Source: Myxococcota bacterium (GTDB taxonomy: Bacteria; Myxococcota_A; UBA9160; JAFDDA01). From it: a stretch of DNA of 64,000 nucleotides. The notes under the pieces are model-generated. The model was given only the letters and a program-made list of their open reading frames with translations. It had not been told where the DNA came from and searched no databases. Position 1 is the first letter of the stretch. The number at the start of each line of letters is the position of its first letter. Where the stretch lies: contig OZ245817.1 in assembly GCA_965228475.1 (NCBI GenBank), positions 4,224,001-4,288,000 of the forward strand, given 5' to 3'. Position numbers and translations under genes: made by a program. Positions 22,796 through 32,117 of this stretch are shown in pieces.

Positions 22796-23716
22796 ATGGA
22801 GTACGCGGAGGTCGAACACACGCTCGCGTCCCTGCAGCTCGCCCTGGCCATGCTCGGGATGGGAGCGCTGCTCGCGCCGCGCGATTTCCAGAGTGTCTTC
22901 AAGAAGCCGCGCGGGCTCTGGGCGGGCCTCTTCTCCCAGCTCGTCGCGGTCCCGGCGGTCGCTTCGCTCCTCGCCTGGGCGCTGCCCCTCGAGCCGGGGA
23001 TGATGGCTGGCATGATCCTCGTCGCGGCCATCCCGGGCGGCACGATGTCGAACCTGATCACCTACCTCGGCCACGGGAACATCGCGCTCTCGATCGCACT
23101 GACCTCGATCACCACGGTCGCCGCACTCGTGACGACGCCGGCACTCCTGCGGCTGCTGGCCGGCGCGCACCTGCCGCCGGAGTTCGAGATGCCCGTCGGC
23201 AAGGTCGCCCGCGACATCGCCATCGCACTGCTCTTGCCGCTGTTCATCGGCATGGTCCTCGGGGCGGGGCTGCCCGAACGGCGCCAGGTGATCTCCCGCT
23301 GGGCGATCCGCGGGAGCTTCTTCTTCATCGGGCTCTTGATCATCGGCGCGACCACGAGCGATCGGATCGACCCGGCGCGCTTCGGCCTGCTCGGGCCGGC
23401 CGCGCTCGTCCTGCTCGGCATCTGCTTCGGCGGCTCGGCGTGGCTCGTCTGCCGGGCGGCCGGGATCGCGAGCCACGAGCGCCTCGCGGTCATCGTGGAG
23501 ACCACGCTCCGCAACGGCAACCTCGGCGTGATGGTGAAGGCGTCCCTCTTCCCGGCCGTCGCCGGCCAGATCGATCCGATCGGCGATGCGATGCTCTTCG
23601 CGGTGCTCGTCTACGGCGTCATGGGAGCCTTCTTCGCGGTCCCGCCCACGCTCTGGCACCGCCGCTTCGGAGAACCCTGGCGCGGAGAAGGGCACGCCGC
23701 CCCGACCGCGAACTGA
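22796..23716 (+). CDS. Bile acid:sodium symporter family transporter
   Basis: MLGMG, PGGTMSNLITYLGHGNIALSIALT; multiple TM helices. Confidence 0.85.
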   Translation: MEYAEVEHTLASLQLALAMLGMGALLAPRDFQSVFKKPRGLWAGLFSQLVAVPAVASLLAWALPLEPGMMAGMILVAAIPGGTMSNLITYLGHGNIALSIALTSITTVAALVTTPALLRLLAGAHLPPEFEMPVGKVARDIAIALLLPLFIGMVLGAGLPERRQVISRWAIRGSFFFIGLLIIGATTSDRIDPARFGLLGPAALVLLGICFGGSAWLVCRAAGIASHERLAVIVETTLRNGNLGVMVKASLFPAVAGQIDPIGDAMLFAVLVYGVMGAFFAVPPTLWHRRFGEPWRGEGHAAPTAN

Positions 23717-23730
23717 CCGGAAGGAGCGCC

Positions 23731-24840
23731 ATGAGCGAAGCCCAGCCCCATCTCGACGCCGCCCGGGACCTCTACTCCCTCGTCGACGAGAACGCCCACG
23801 CGGCGGGCGACGAACCCGTCCCGATGGAGACGATCCAGGCCCTGCGGGATGCGGGGCTCTTCGGCGTGATGTCGCCGCGCGACGTCGGCGGTGCCGAGCT
23901 GCCGATCGTCGAGAGCATCGACGTCTTCACCGAGATCGCCCGCGCGGACGGGTCGGCCGGCTGGTGCCTCATGGCCGGCGCCTCGGCGGCGGCCTACTTC
24001 GGCGCCTACGCCGAGGACGCCTTCACCGAGAAGATGTTCTCGGACGCCGTCCCGCTGGTGGCGGGCCAGTTCGCACCGAACGGCCGCGGCATCGCCGCGG
24101 ACGGCGGCTTCCGCCTCACGGGCAACTACCAGTTCGGGAGCGGGCTCCACTACGCGGAGTGGGTCGGCGCCGGGTTCCTCACGGACGAAGACCCGGCCCG
24201 CTACCTGTTCGGCGTCGTTCCGAAGCCCGAAGTCGAGCTGCGCGGGAACTGGGACGTGCTCGGGCTGACCGCCACCGCGAGCTGGGACTACGCGATCGAG
24301 GACGCCTTCGTGCCCGAGGATGCGACGTTCCTCTTCGCCGCCCCGACCCGGCGGCGCGGGGGCCCGGTCTACGAGCTCGGCGTGATCGCCCAGACCGCGG
24401 CCGGCCACGCCGGCTTCGCCCTCGGCGTCGTCCGCCGCGCCCTCGACGAGCTGCGCACGATCTCGAAGACGAAGGTACGCATGGGCGCGGGGAGCTTCCT
24501 CAAGGACGACGAGCGCTTCCTCCACGCCCTGGGAACGCTCGAATCGCGCTACCGCGCGATCCGGTCCTGGACCCGGGACGGCTTCGCGCGGCTCGAGCGC
24601 GCCGCCGTCGAGACCGGAAGGCTCGACCTCGCCGGGAACGTCGAAGTGCGCCAGGCGACGGTCCACGCCACCCAGGAGGGCGCCGACATCGTTCGCGAAG
24701 CCTACCTGCTGGCGGGGACGAGTGCGCTGCGGGACGGGCCGCTCTCACGCTGCTTCCGCGATCTCCACGCCGGAAGCCAGCACTTCTTCGCGAGCCCGGC
24801 CTCGACGCTCGACTTCGCGCGCGGCCTGGTGGCGGAGTAG
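23731..24840 (+). CDS. Acyl-CoA dehydrogenase-fold flavin monooxygenase (HsaA/indole oxygenase-like)
   Basis: AAGGAG SD; ADGSAGWC, FGSG, WDVLGL.ATAS, RCFRDLH..SQH. Confidence 0.75.
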   Translation: MSEAQPHLDAARDLYSLVDENAHAAGDEPVPMETIQALRDAGLFGVMSPRDVGGAELPIVESIDVFTEIARADGSAGWCLMAGASAAAYFGAYAEDAFTEKMFSDAVPLVAGQFAPNGRGIAADGGFRLTGNYQFGSGLHYAEWVGAGFLTDEDPARYLFGVVPKPEVELRGNWDVLGLTATASWDYAIEDAFVPEDATFLFAAPTRRRGGPVYELGVIAQTAAGHAGFALGVVRRALDELRTISKTKVRMGAGSFLKDDERFLHALGTLESRYRAIRSWTRDGFARLERAAVETGRLDLAGNVEVRQATVHATQEGADIVREAYLLAGTSALRDGPLSRCFRDLHAGSQHFFASPASTLDFARGLVAE

Positions 24841-24847
24841 CGGAGCG

Positions 24848-25348
24848 CTACGGCAGCCAGCGGAAGCTGTCCATCGCGCGGGCGAAGGACAGGTACTGCC
24901 GGTCGAAGTCTTCCTCGGGCGCCAGGCACTGCACGCTCACGGCCACGCCTTCGCGAACGAAGTGGAGCTCGGTGTTGCGGAAGCGCGTGCCGGCCACCTT
25001 CATGCGGGATTCGCTGCGGTAACCGTCGATGCCTCCGACCCGGGCCGGATCGTGGGACATCCGCTCGTAGCCCGCGCCGCGCCCGCGCTTCTCCGCGTGC
25101 TTCATCAGCTCGCGGGCATCGACGCTCTCCGGAACGTCCTGGACGAGCACGACGCAGCTGCTCTCGAGGGACGCATCGGCCACGGCGAAGGTCGACATCG
25201 GGACCTTCGTCTCCTCGAAGCCGCTCGGGAGCTCGATCTCGAACCCGGCCTCCCCGTTGCGGTAGACCCCGTCCGTGAAGGAGTCCGCATCGATCCGGAT
25301 CCACATCACGCCGAGCAGAACGAACATCGCGAGCAGGACGGGCTTCAT
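24848..25348 (-). CDS. Hypothetical exported protein (PsbP/DcrB-like fold possible)
   Basis: Hydrophobic N-terminus; GFEIELPSGF; fills the gap between flanking genes. Confidence 0.5.
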   Translation of the reverse strand: MKPVLLAMFVLLGVMWIRIDADSFTDGVYRNGEAGFEIELPSGFEETKVPMSTFAVADASLESSCVVLVQDVPESVDARELMKHAEKRGRGAGYERMSHDPARVGGIDGYRSESRMKVAGTRFRNTELHFVREGVAVSVQCLAPEEDFDRQYLSFARAMDSFRWLP

Positions 25349-25430
25349 CCCCTACAAAGCGGCCGACGGAGCCCCGACTTGAGCCCCGGCCCCGAACGCC
25401 TGGGAAGGTCGCGGACGCTATGGTCCGGCC

Positions 25431-26357
25431 ATGAACGAAGGCATCCCCTTCGCCGGCAGCCCCCTCGACCGGGTTTCGGTCGAGCGACGAGACCGCAACT
25501 GGCTCGACAAACTGCGCGGCGACCCGACCACCCGCTATCTGCCCCTCTGGAAGCTCGAGCCGCTCGTGAAGTCGGCCACCGGGGAAGACCCGAGGCGCCT
25601 CGCCTGGGCCACCGACGCGCTGCTCGAAAGCATCGACCCGGAACCCCAGGTGGTGCTGCTCGGCATGGCCGACGGTGCCGCGCACTTCGCCGTGGACGTC
25701 TCCGCCGTCGCGGACCCCCTCGAAACCTTCGGCCTCACCGGAAGCGCGACCTTCGAAGACCTGCGCGGAGCCGCGCTGCTGCTCGACCTCGGCGACACCG
25801 CGATCGCCGCCCAGGCGCGATCGCTCATCGATTGGCATGCGCGCCACCGGTTCTGTGCGGTCTGCGGCGGCACGACCGTCTCCGAGATGGGCGGCGCCCA
25901 CCGGCGCTGCATCGCTTGCAGCGCGGAGCACTTCCCCCGGACGGACCCGGTGGGGATCGCGGTCGTGGCGCGCGGCGGACGCTGCCTGCTCGGCCGCAAC
26001 AAGGGCTGGCCGCCCAACATGTTCTCGGCGCTGGCCGGCTTCATCGAACCCGGGGAGACCCTCGAAGAGGGCGTGCGGCGCGAGATCTTCGAGGAGGCCG
26101 GCGTCCGGATCGGCGCGGTCCGCTACGTGCGCTCCCAGCCCTGGCCGTTCCCCTCTTCGCTGATGATCGGCTGCATCGCGGAGGCGGAGAGCGAGGCGAT
26201 CCAGATCGACCCGGCCGAGATCGAGGAGGCGCGCTGGTTCTCCCTCGAGGAAGTGCGGGCCGCCCTCGCCGGGAGCACAGACCCCCTGGCCGTCCCGCCG
26301 CCCTTCGCCATCGCCCACCACCTGATCCGAGCCTGGGCCGAGACGTTCGAGGGCTAG
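25431..26357 (+). CDS. nudC: NAD(H) diphosphatase
   Basis: Zn ribbon CAVCG/CIAC, Nudix box GFIEPGETLEEGVRREIFEEAG, SQPWPFPSSLM. Confidence 0.95.
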   Translation: MNEGIPFAGSPLDRVSVERRDRNWLDKLRGDPTTRYLPLWKLEPLVKSATGEDPRRLAWATDALLESIDPEPQVVLLGMADGAAHFAVDVSAVADPLETFGLTGSATFEDLRGAALLLDLGDTAIAAQARSLIDWHARHRFCAVCGGTTVSEMGGAHRRCIACSAEHFPRTDPVGIAVVARGGRCLLGRNKGWPPNMFSALAGFIEPGETLEEGVRREIFEEAGVRIGAVRYVRSQPWPFPSSLMIGCIAEAESEAIQIDPAEIEEARWFSLEEVRAALAGSTDPLAVPPPFAIAHHLIRAWAETFEG

Positions 26358-26411
26358 GTGGCCGGCTGGTTCGAGACGTTCGGGGGCTAGGTGGCCGGCT
26401 GGTTCGAGACG
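26339..26411. repeat. 33-bp tandem duplication over the nudC stop / SNF2 start
   Basis: CGAGACGTTCGRGGGCTAGGTGGCCGGCTGGTT at 26339-26371 and 26372-26404 (1 mismatch), then a partial CGAGACG. Confidence 0.9.
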
Positions 26412-29321
26412 ATCCGCAGCGAGTTCTCGCGCCCGGTCTGGTCGCGGGGCGTCGAGCTCGTGCGGGCGGAAGCCGTCGTCGCCGAACGGGTCGAGGAGGA
26501 CGAAGCGGCCTTCCGCGTGACCAACCCGGACGGGCTGCTCACGCCGAGCGTCGTGCTCTACCTCGACGACGCCGCCTGGGATTGCGACTGCCCCGGCGTC
26601 GAGGACCCCTGCGAACACGTCGCGGCCGCCGCCATCGTCCTGAACCGCGCGCGCAAGCAGGGCGTCGAGCTCCCGACGGGCGCCGAGGCCGGGGGCGGCG
26701 CGCGCGTCCGGTACCACTTCCTCCGCGAAGGCAACGGCCTCGCCTTCGAACGCCGCGTCGTCGAGGGCGAGGACGAGACCCGGATCGATACGAGCCTGAA
26801 ACAGATCGCCGGAACCCGGCGCGTGATGGTGACCGACAGCGACCTCGCCGCCGAGCGCGCGCTCGCGGCGTCGAGCCTCCTCTCGGGACGGGGCCACCCG
26901 AACTCGACGGGCTACGCGCGCATCCTCCCGGCCCTGGCCGGCTGCGAGGACGTACGGCTCGACGGCCTGCCGATCCGCGTCTCCGAGGAACCGCTCCTGC
27001 CCCACGGCCGGATCGAGGACGACGGCGACGGCTTCCGGCTCTCGGTGGGCCCGGACCCGAGCATCACCGAGACCTTCGTCGGGCGTGTGGCGCTTTGCGG
27101 CGACGTCCTGCGGCCGGTCCGCCAGAGCCTGCTCACCGGACGCGAACTCGCGGAGCTCCCGGGCGGTCGGCACTTCCCGCCGGAGCGCGCGATGGAACTC
27201 GCCGCCGAGGTCCTTCCCGATCTCGAACGCCGCATCCCGGTCGACGTGCGGACGACGCGGCTCCCGAAGACCGGCCCGGCCGAGCCGCCGCGGGTGCGCG
27301 TCGAGACCCGGCGCGACGGCGACGCTCTCGTCGCACGCGTCGACCTCGTCTACGGCGACCCGCCGCGGGCGCGCATCGAGAACGGCCGGCTCGTCTCGCT
27401 CGAGGGAGCGGTGCCCATCCGGGACGAGCCGGCGGAGCGCCGCCTCGCCCGCCTCGTCGCCAATCGGCTCGAGCTGCCGATCGGCCGCGAGACGCGGGCC
27501 CACGACCGCGAGGCGCTCGCTCTCGCGAAGCGCATCGAAGGGTTCGACGGCGAGGTGCGCGGGAACGCCCAGGACCAGTTCGTACTCGCTCCGGCCCTCG
27601 TCCCAAAGCTCGATGCGAACCCGGCGGGCTTCGCGCTCGGCTTCGAGACCGAGCCCGGTTCCGCAGGCGAAGGAACTCGCACCGCCGGCGGCGCCTCGGC
27701 GGAAGCCGTTCTTCGCGCCTGGGAGGCGGGCGACTCCCTGGTTCCGCTCCTCGGCGGCGGCTTCGCCCCCCTGCCCGCCGACTGGCTCGAACGCTACGGC
27801 CGCCTCGCCGCCAACCTGCTCGACGCCCGCTCCGAGGGCGGCGCCCTTCCCACCCACGCGCTCCCCGACCTCGGCCGCCTGTGCGAGGCCCTCGACGAAC
27901 CGCCGCCGCCGGAACTCGCCCCGCTCCGCGCCTGCCTCGACGGCTTCGACGGCATTCCCCGGGCCGTGCGCCCGCCCGATCTGACCGCGGAGCTCCGCGG
28001 CTACCAGGAGGCCGGCGTCGACTGGCTCTGCTTCCTGCGCGACGCCGGCCTCGGCGCGCTCCTCGCCGACGACATGGGCCTCGGAAAGACCCTCCAGGTG
28101 CTCTGCGCCCCGCGCGGACGCACGCTCGTGGTCGCGCCGACCTCCGTGCTCCACAACTGGGCCGAGGAGGCACGGCGCTTCCGGCCCGGCCTGCGCGTCG
28201 ACGTCTACCACGGCGCCGGGCGCGCCCTCCGCCCCGAGAGCGACCTCACGCTCACCACCTACGCCCTGCTCCGTCTCGACGCGGACGCGCTCGCCGACGT
28301 GGCGTGGGACACGGTCGTGCTCGACGAAGCCCAGGCCATCAAGAACCCGGAGAGCCAGGTCGCCACGGCCGCCGGCCGCCTCACCGCGACCTGGCGCGTC
28401 GCCATGACGGGCACGCCCGTCGAGAACCGTCTCGAAGAACTCTGGAGCCAGATCCACTTCACGAACCCGGGCCTGCTCGGCAGCCGCCGGCGCTTCCAGG
28501 AGCGTTACGCCCGGCCGATCGCGGACGGCGATGCCGGCGTCGCCGAGGAGCTCCGCACGCGAACCCGGCCCTTCATCCTGCGCCGCAAGAAGAAGGACGT
28601 CGCCCCGGAGCTCCCGCCGCGCACCGACCTCGTCCTCCAGTGCGAGCTCGACACCGAAGAGCGCGCGCTCTACGACGCCGTCAAGGCGACGACCCGCAAC
28701 GAGGTCGTCGAGAAGCTGCGCGGCGGAGGCAGCGTACTCGCCGCCCTCGAAGCGCTGCTGCGCCTGCGGCAGGCGGCGTGCCATCGTGGCCTCGTCCCGG
28801 GCCAGGAGGCGGCGACATCCTCGAAGGTCTCTCTCCTTTGCGAGCGCCTCGAGACCGTCGTCGCCGACGGCCACAAAGCGCTCGTCTTCTCCCAGTGGAC
28901 CGGCCTGCTCGATCGCGTGGAGCCTGCCCTGCGCGGCGCCGACATCGCCTTCACCCGCCTCGACGGCAGCACGCGCGACCGGCAGGGGGTCGTCGCGAGC
29001 TTCCAGCGCGACGACGGCCCGCCCGTCCTGCTGATCTCCCTGCGCGCGGGCGGCACCGGGCTGAACCTCACCGCGGCGGACCACGTCTTCCTGCTCGACC
29101 CCTGGTGGAACCCGGCGGTGGAAGAGCAGGCCGCGGACCGGACCCACCGGATCGGACAGACACGCCCGGTCTTCGTGCATCGCCTGGTCGCGCGCGACAC
29201 GGTGGAGGAGCGCATCCTCGCCCTCCAGGACCGCAAGCGGGCGCTGGCCGAGGCGGCCCTCGGGGGAGCGGACGCCGGCGCCGGGATCAGCCGGGACGAC
29301 CTCCTGGCGCTCCTCGAGTAG
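26391..29321 (+). CDS. SWIM zinc finger + SNF2 family helicase
   Basis: CDC...[61 protein letters not shown]. Confidence 0.92.
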   Translation: MAGWFETIRSEFSRPVWSRGVELVRAEAVVAERVEEDEAAFRVTNPDGLLTPSVVLYLDDAAWDCDCPGVEDPCEHVAAAAIVLNRARKQGVELPTGAEAGGGARVRYHFLREGNGLAFERRVVEGEDETRIDTSLKQIAGTRRVMVTDSDLAAERALAASSLLSGRGHPNSTGYARILPALAGCEDVRLDGLPIRVSEEPLLPHGRIEDDGDGFRLSVGPDPSITETFVGRVALCGDVLRPVRQSLLTGRELAELPGGRHFPPERAMELAAEVLPDLERRIPVDVRTTRLPKTGPAEPPRVRVETRRDGDALVARVDLVYGDPPRARIENGRLVSLEGAVPIRDEPAERRLARLVANRLELPIGRETRAHDREALALAKRIEGFDGEVRGNAQDQFVLAPALVPKLDANPAGFALGFETEPGSAGEGTRTAGGASAEAVLRAWEAGDSLVPLLGGGFAPLPADWLERYGRLAANLLDARSEGGALPTHALPDLGRLCEALDEPPPPELAPLRACLDGFDGIPRAVRPPDLTAELRGYQEAGVDWLCFLRDAGLGALLADDMGLGKTLQVLCAPRGRTLVVAPTSVLHNWAEEARRFRPGLRVDVYHGAGRALRPESDLTLTTYALLRLDADALADVAWDTVVLDEAQAIKNPESQVATAAGRLTATWRVAMTGTPVENRLEELWSQIHFTNPGLLGSRRRFQERYARPIADGDAGVAEELRTRTRPFILRRKKKDVAPELPPRTDLVLQCELDTEERALYDAVKATTRNEVVEKLRGGGSVLAALEALLRLRQAACHRGLVPGQEAATSSKVSLLCERLETVVADGHKALVFSQWTGLLDRVEPALRGADIAFTRLDGSTRDRQGVVASFQRDDGPPVLLISLRAGGTGLNLTAADHVFLLDPWWNPAVEEQAADRTHRIGQTRPVFVHRLVARDTVEERILALQDRKRALAEAALGGADAGAGISRDDLLALLE

Positions 29322-29362
29322 CGCGGCGGACCGCCCCCGCGGGCATCGTGTTCGCCCCCGCG

Positions 29363-29446
29363 AAATGAAGCGAGCGACTCATTTGCTCGCCCGCGGGGAA
29401 AGTGTGGCCTACGTCACGGAACGCGGGTCCGTTTCACTCGTAGGCT
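29363..29446 (+). promoter_or_regulatory. Palindromes and -10 box upstream of TetR gene
   Basis: AAATGA-N10-TCATTT 29363-29384; ACGGA-N7-TCCGT 29416-29432; TAGGCT 29441-29446. Confidence 0.4.
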
Positions 29447-29452
29447 CGTCTC

Positions 29453-30124
29453 ATGGCGACACTTCAGACGGCCGGCTACCGACAGCCGAAACAGCACCGA
29501 AGTCAGAAGACCCTCAATCGCATCCTCGACGCCGCGGAGCGTCTGCTCGACGGGCGCGACTTCTCGGAAGTGTCCGTCCACGAGATCAGCGCCGAGGCCG
29601 GGACCTCGGTGAGCTCCTTCTACGCCCGCTTCCCGGACAAGAGCGCCCTCCTCCACGGCGTCTTCGAACGTTTCGCGGCCGAGATGCGCGCGCGCGTCGA
29701 GTGCTTCGAGCAGCGCGTTCGCGAGCGCGAAGGCGAGGTCTCCCTCGAAGAACTCGTGAACGGCGTGATCGAAACCTACATGGACATCTGGCAGAAGCGG
29801 CGCGGCCTGATCACGACGCTGACCGCAGCCGAACGAACCGACGCCCTGCTCTTCGAGCGCAGGCGCTCCCTCGACGACGAACTCGCGCTCCGCTTCCGCG
29901 ACGAATGCCTGCGCCTTCGGCCCGAGCTGCGCGAGCGTGGGTTCGGGCGCGCCTTCGAGATCGCCATGCCGGCGCTGGCGGCCGCGGTCCGAGCGGCCGT
30001 CGATCGGCCGGACCTCTTCGGGGAACGCACGCTGCACTCCCGGGCCGATCTCGTCGGGGAGATGACCCAGCTCGCCCTGCGCTACCTCGACGGCTCCCTG
30101 GGCGAGACGCCGCCGGAGGCCTAG
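29453..30124 (+). CDS. TetR/AcrR family regulator
   Basis: PKQHRSQKTLNRILDAAERLL...SVHEISAEAGTSVSSFYARFPDK. Confidence 0.9.
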   Translation: MATLQTAGYRQPKQHRSQKTLNRILDAAERLLDGRDFSEVSVHEISAEAGTSVSSFYARFPDKSALLHGVFERFAAEMRARVECFEQRVREREGEVSLEELVNGVIETYMDIWQKRRGLITTLTAAERTDALLFERRRSLDDELALRFRDECLRLRPELRERGFGRAFEIAMPALAAAVRAAVDRPDLFGERTLHSRADLVGEMTQLALRYLDGSLGETPPEA

Positions 30125-30834
30125 CGCCGGTTCGCGCGCCGCCCCCACGCCTCCCGAAGCCGAACGAGCCAGCCCCGGCGCGAGAGTTCGCGCGGGTGGA
30201 CCTTGCCCTGGGCCACCCAGCGCAGGAGGTTCCAGTGGCGGTCCGCGCCGCGCGGCAGCGGGATCTCGTCTTCGCCGGACGGGAAGGCCTGCGCGGGCAC
30301 CGCGAAGTCCGCACCGAGCAGGGGCCCGCGCCGCGTGAGCTGCGCTTCCGGGTAGGTGCGCGCGATCCGTTCGCGCAGCCAGCCGTGCTCGTCGGCGAGC
30401 AGGCAGCGGAAGGTCTTCACGCCGTTGGCCGAAGCGACCCGCATGAGCTGCTCGGCCATGAGCCGGCCGAGGCCGAGCCCCTGGGCCCCGTCGAGCACCG
30501 TGATCGAAGGCTCGGCGACGGACCGGTCCTCGGCCAGGCGGATGCAGCGGGCCAGCGCGAGGCCCTCGGTCTCCCAGCCGCGCTCGTCGATCCGCGCGGC
30601 GCCGAGGACGATCCCGCGGCCCTCGTCACAGCCCGTCAGGAACCGCAGCTCGCGCTCGCTCAGGAACGTCTTCGGGCGGAGGAAACGGCGCCGGCGCGAC
30701 TCGGGAGACAGGGCTCGGAAGCCCGCCTGGAGCGTCGGCGCGTCGCTCGGGCCGAGCGGGCGGATGCGGACGCGGCTGCCGTCGCGGAGCGTGTGCTCGC
30801 TGTGAGAGGTCGGGTCGTTCATCTCGGTTCTCAC
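30121..30834 (-). CDS. GNAT family N-acetyltransferase (stand-alone Pat-like GNAT domain)
   Basis: LRDGSRVRIRPL, LSPESRRRRF, AE..ITV.D..QGLGLG acetyl-CoA loop. Confidence 0.8.
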   Translation of the reverse strand: MRTEMNDPTSHSEHTLRDGSRVRIRPLGPSDAPTLQAGFRALSPESRRRRFLRPKTFLSERELRFLTGCDEGRGIVLGAARIDERGWETEGLALARCIRLAEDRSVAEPSITVLDGAQGLGLGRLMAEQLMRVASANGVKTFRCLLADEHGWLRERIARTYPEAQLTRRGPLLGADFAVPAQAFPSGEDEIPLPRGADRHWNLLRWVAQGKVHPRELSRRGWLVRLREAWGRRANRR

Positions 30835-30854
30835 CCCGGAGGAACGAGAGAATA

Positions 30855-30934
30855 GACACGTCGCGTCATCCTCACAAGAGACCCAAGATACTGCTTTATA
30901 TGACTAAATCTCCATGTGACAATGCGTCGTGTCA
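30855..30934 (-). promoter_or_regulatory. AT-rich sigma70-like promoter flanked by two related operator boxes
   Basis: - strand TTGTCA-N16-TATAAA; TGACA-N8-TGTCA palindrome at 30917-30934 and a related inverted copy at 30855-30870 (12/16 identical). Confidence 0.5.
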
Positions 30935-32080
30935 ATCGGAGAGCGCGTCGGGGCGGCCGAACGCCAGGCTCGCGGGCGGGCCCCCGGCCGCCTCGAAGCG
31001 AAGCCGCAGCCGCTCCCCGGGCGCCGGGGTGTCAGCCTCGTCCTGGAGCCGGAAGCGGAAGCCGAGGCGCTCCCCGGGGCCGAACCCGAGTTTGCGCTTG
31101 AGCAGCGGAAGCGCGCGCCGCACGAGGCCGACGGTGACGAGGCCCGCCGTGAAGCGGGCGTTCAGCTCGACCACCGGCCGCAGGACCGGCGCGTCCGCCT
31201 CGGGCTCCCGGAACGAGAAGGCGTCGACGCCGCAGGGGCCCCGGAAGCCCCGCTCCCGCGCGGCCACCGCGACCAGGGCGGCGGCTTCGCGAAGCGCTTC
31301 TTCCTCGGGGCGACCGGTGAAGATGCGACCCCGGGAGTCGAGCTCGCCCCGGTGGCCGAGGTAGCGCCCGGAGGGGGCGAGCTCCTGCACGAGGCTCCCG
31401 AGCATCGTGACCCCTTCCTCGGCAACGTGAAGCTGCACGGAGAAGTCCTCGATTCGCTCGAGCCAGGGTTCGAGCACGGCGCCGCCACGCCCGGCGAGAC
31501 GTTCGAGCGCGCCGCCGAGGCGCTCGCGGTCGAGCCTTCCGCCGCGGCCGGCCACGCGGCCGCGTCCGCTGGTGCCGAGCCGCGGCTTCAGGGTGAAGCG
31601 CTCGCGAGCGAAGGCCGGGGCGTTCGCGAGCGTGGCTTCGATGCGGTCGGCGGCATCGGGCGCGAGCAGCGCGTCGGCGGAGAGGACGTGGATCGCGCCG
31701 CGGAGAACCGGTGGCACGAGACGTTCCTCGCGGGCGGTCTCGTGGGCGAAGGCCTTGTCGTGCACGGCGCGAACGATCTCCGGCGCCGCCGAGGCGAAAC
31801 CGAGGCCCGCGGCCTCGGCGTCCGCCGCGGCATCCGCGCTCCCGAACCACGGGACGGCCACGCCCTCCGCATCCTCGGGGAGCCACGGGAAGACGGGCGC
31901 TTCGGGTCGTGAGCCGAGGAGTTCGGGCCAGGCTGGCAGTGCGGGCGGCGGCTCGAGCCAGCCGGCAGCTCGCCCGAAGAGGAAGTGCCAGAGCCCGGCC
32001 TGCATCCCGACGGCCGGCTCCTCGAGCCACCGCCGCCAATCCGGGCCTTCCTCGCCTCCGAGGTTCGCCAGGAGCTTCAT
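30932..32080 (-). CDS. ATP-grasp fold ligase of unknown substrate
   Basis: HDKAF, LKPRLGTSGRG, VLEPWL, DFSVQ, GPCGVD, VELNARFT are ATP-grasp signatures. Confidence 0.7.
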   Translation of the reverse strand: MKLLANLGGEEGPDWRRWLEEPAVGMQAGLWHFLFGRAAGWLEPPPALPAWPELLGSRPEAPVFPWLPEDAEGVAVPWFGSADAAADAEAAGLGFASAAPEIVRAVHDKAFAHETAREERLVPPVLRGAIHVLSADALLAPDAADRIEATLANAPAFARERFTLKPRLGTSGRGRVAGRGGRLDRERLGGALERLAGRGGAVLEPWLERIEDFSVQLHVAEEGVTMLGSLVQELAPSGRYLGHRGELDSRGRIFTGRPEEEALREAAALVAVAARERGFRGPCGVDAFSFREPEADAPVLRPVVELNARFTAGLVTVGLVRRALPLLKRKLGFGPGERLGFRFRLQDEADTPAPGERLRLRFEAAGGPPASLAFGRPDALSD

Positions 32081-32117
32081 GTGCGGCGCTCCGGGGCCCA
32101 CGAACTCCTGCGCGGTT

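Noticed and set aside
21610..24840. 1076-aa ORF, and similar N-terminally inflated ORFs (18742-20628, 42854-46057, 48090-50381, 39029-41656)
   Set aside because: Stop-poor alternative frames extend real C-terminal genes; true starts were assigned by SD, overlap and family N-termini.
26391..29321. SNF2 helicase as part of an anti-phage defence system
   Set aside because: The SWIM-SNF2 architecture is widespread, and no nuclease, DNA methylase or other defence genes are adjacent.
24702..29368. Very long ORFs of 1492 aa (-) and 1548 aa (+)
   Set aside because: Shadow frames of nudC/SNF2 in high-GC DNA; low-complexity R/A/G/P-rich translations with no motifs.
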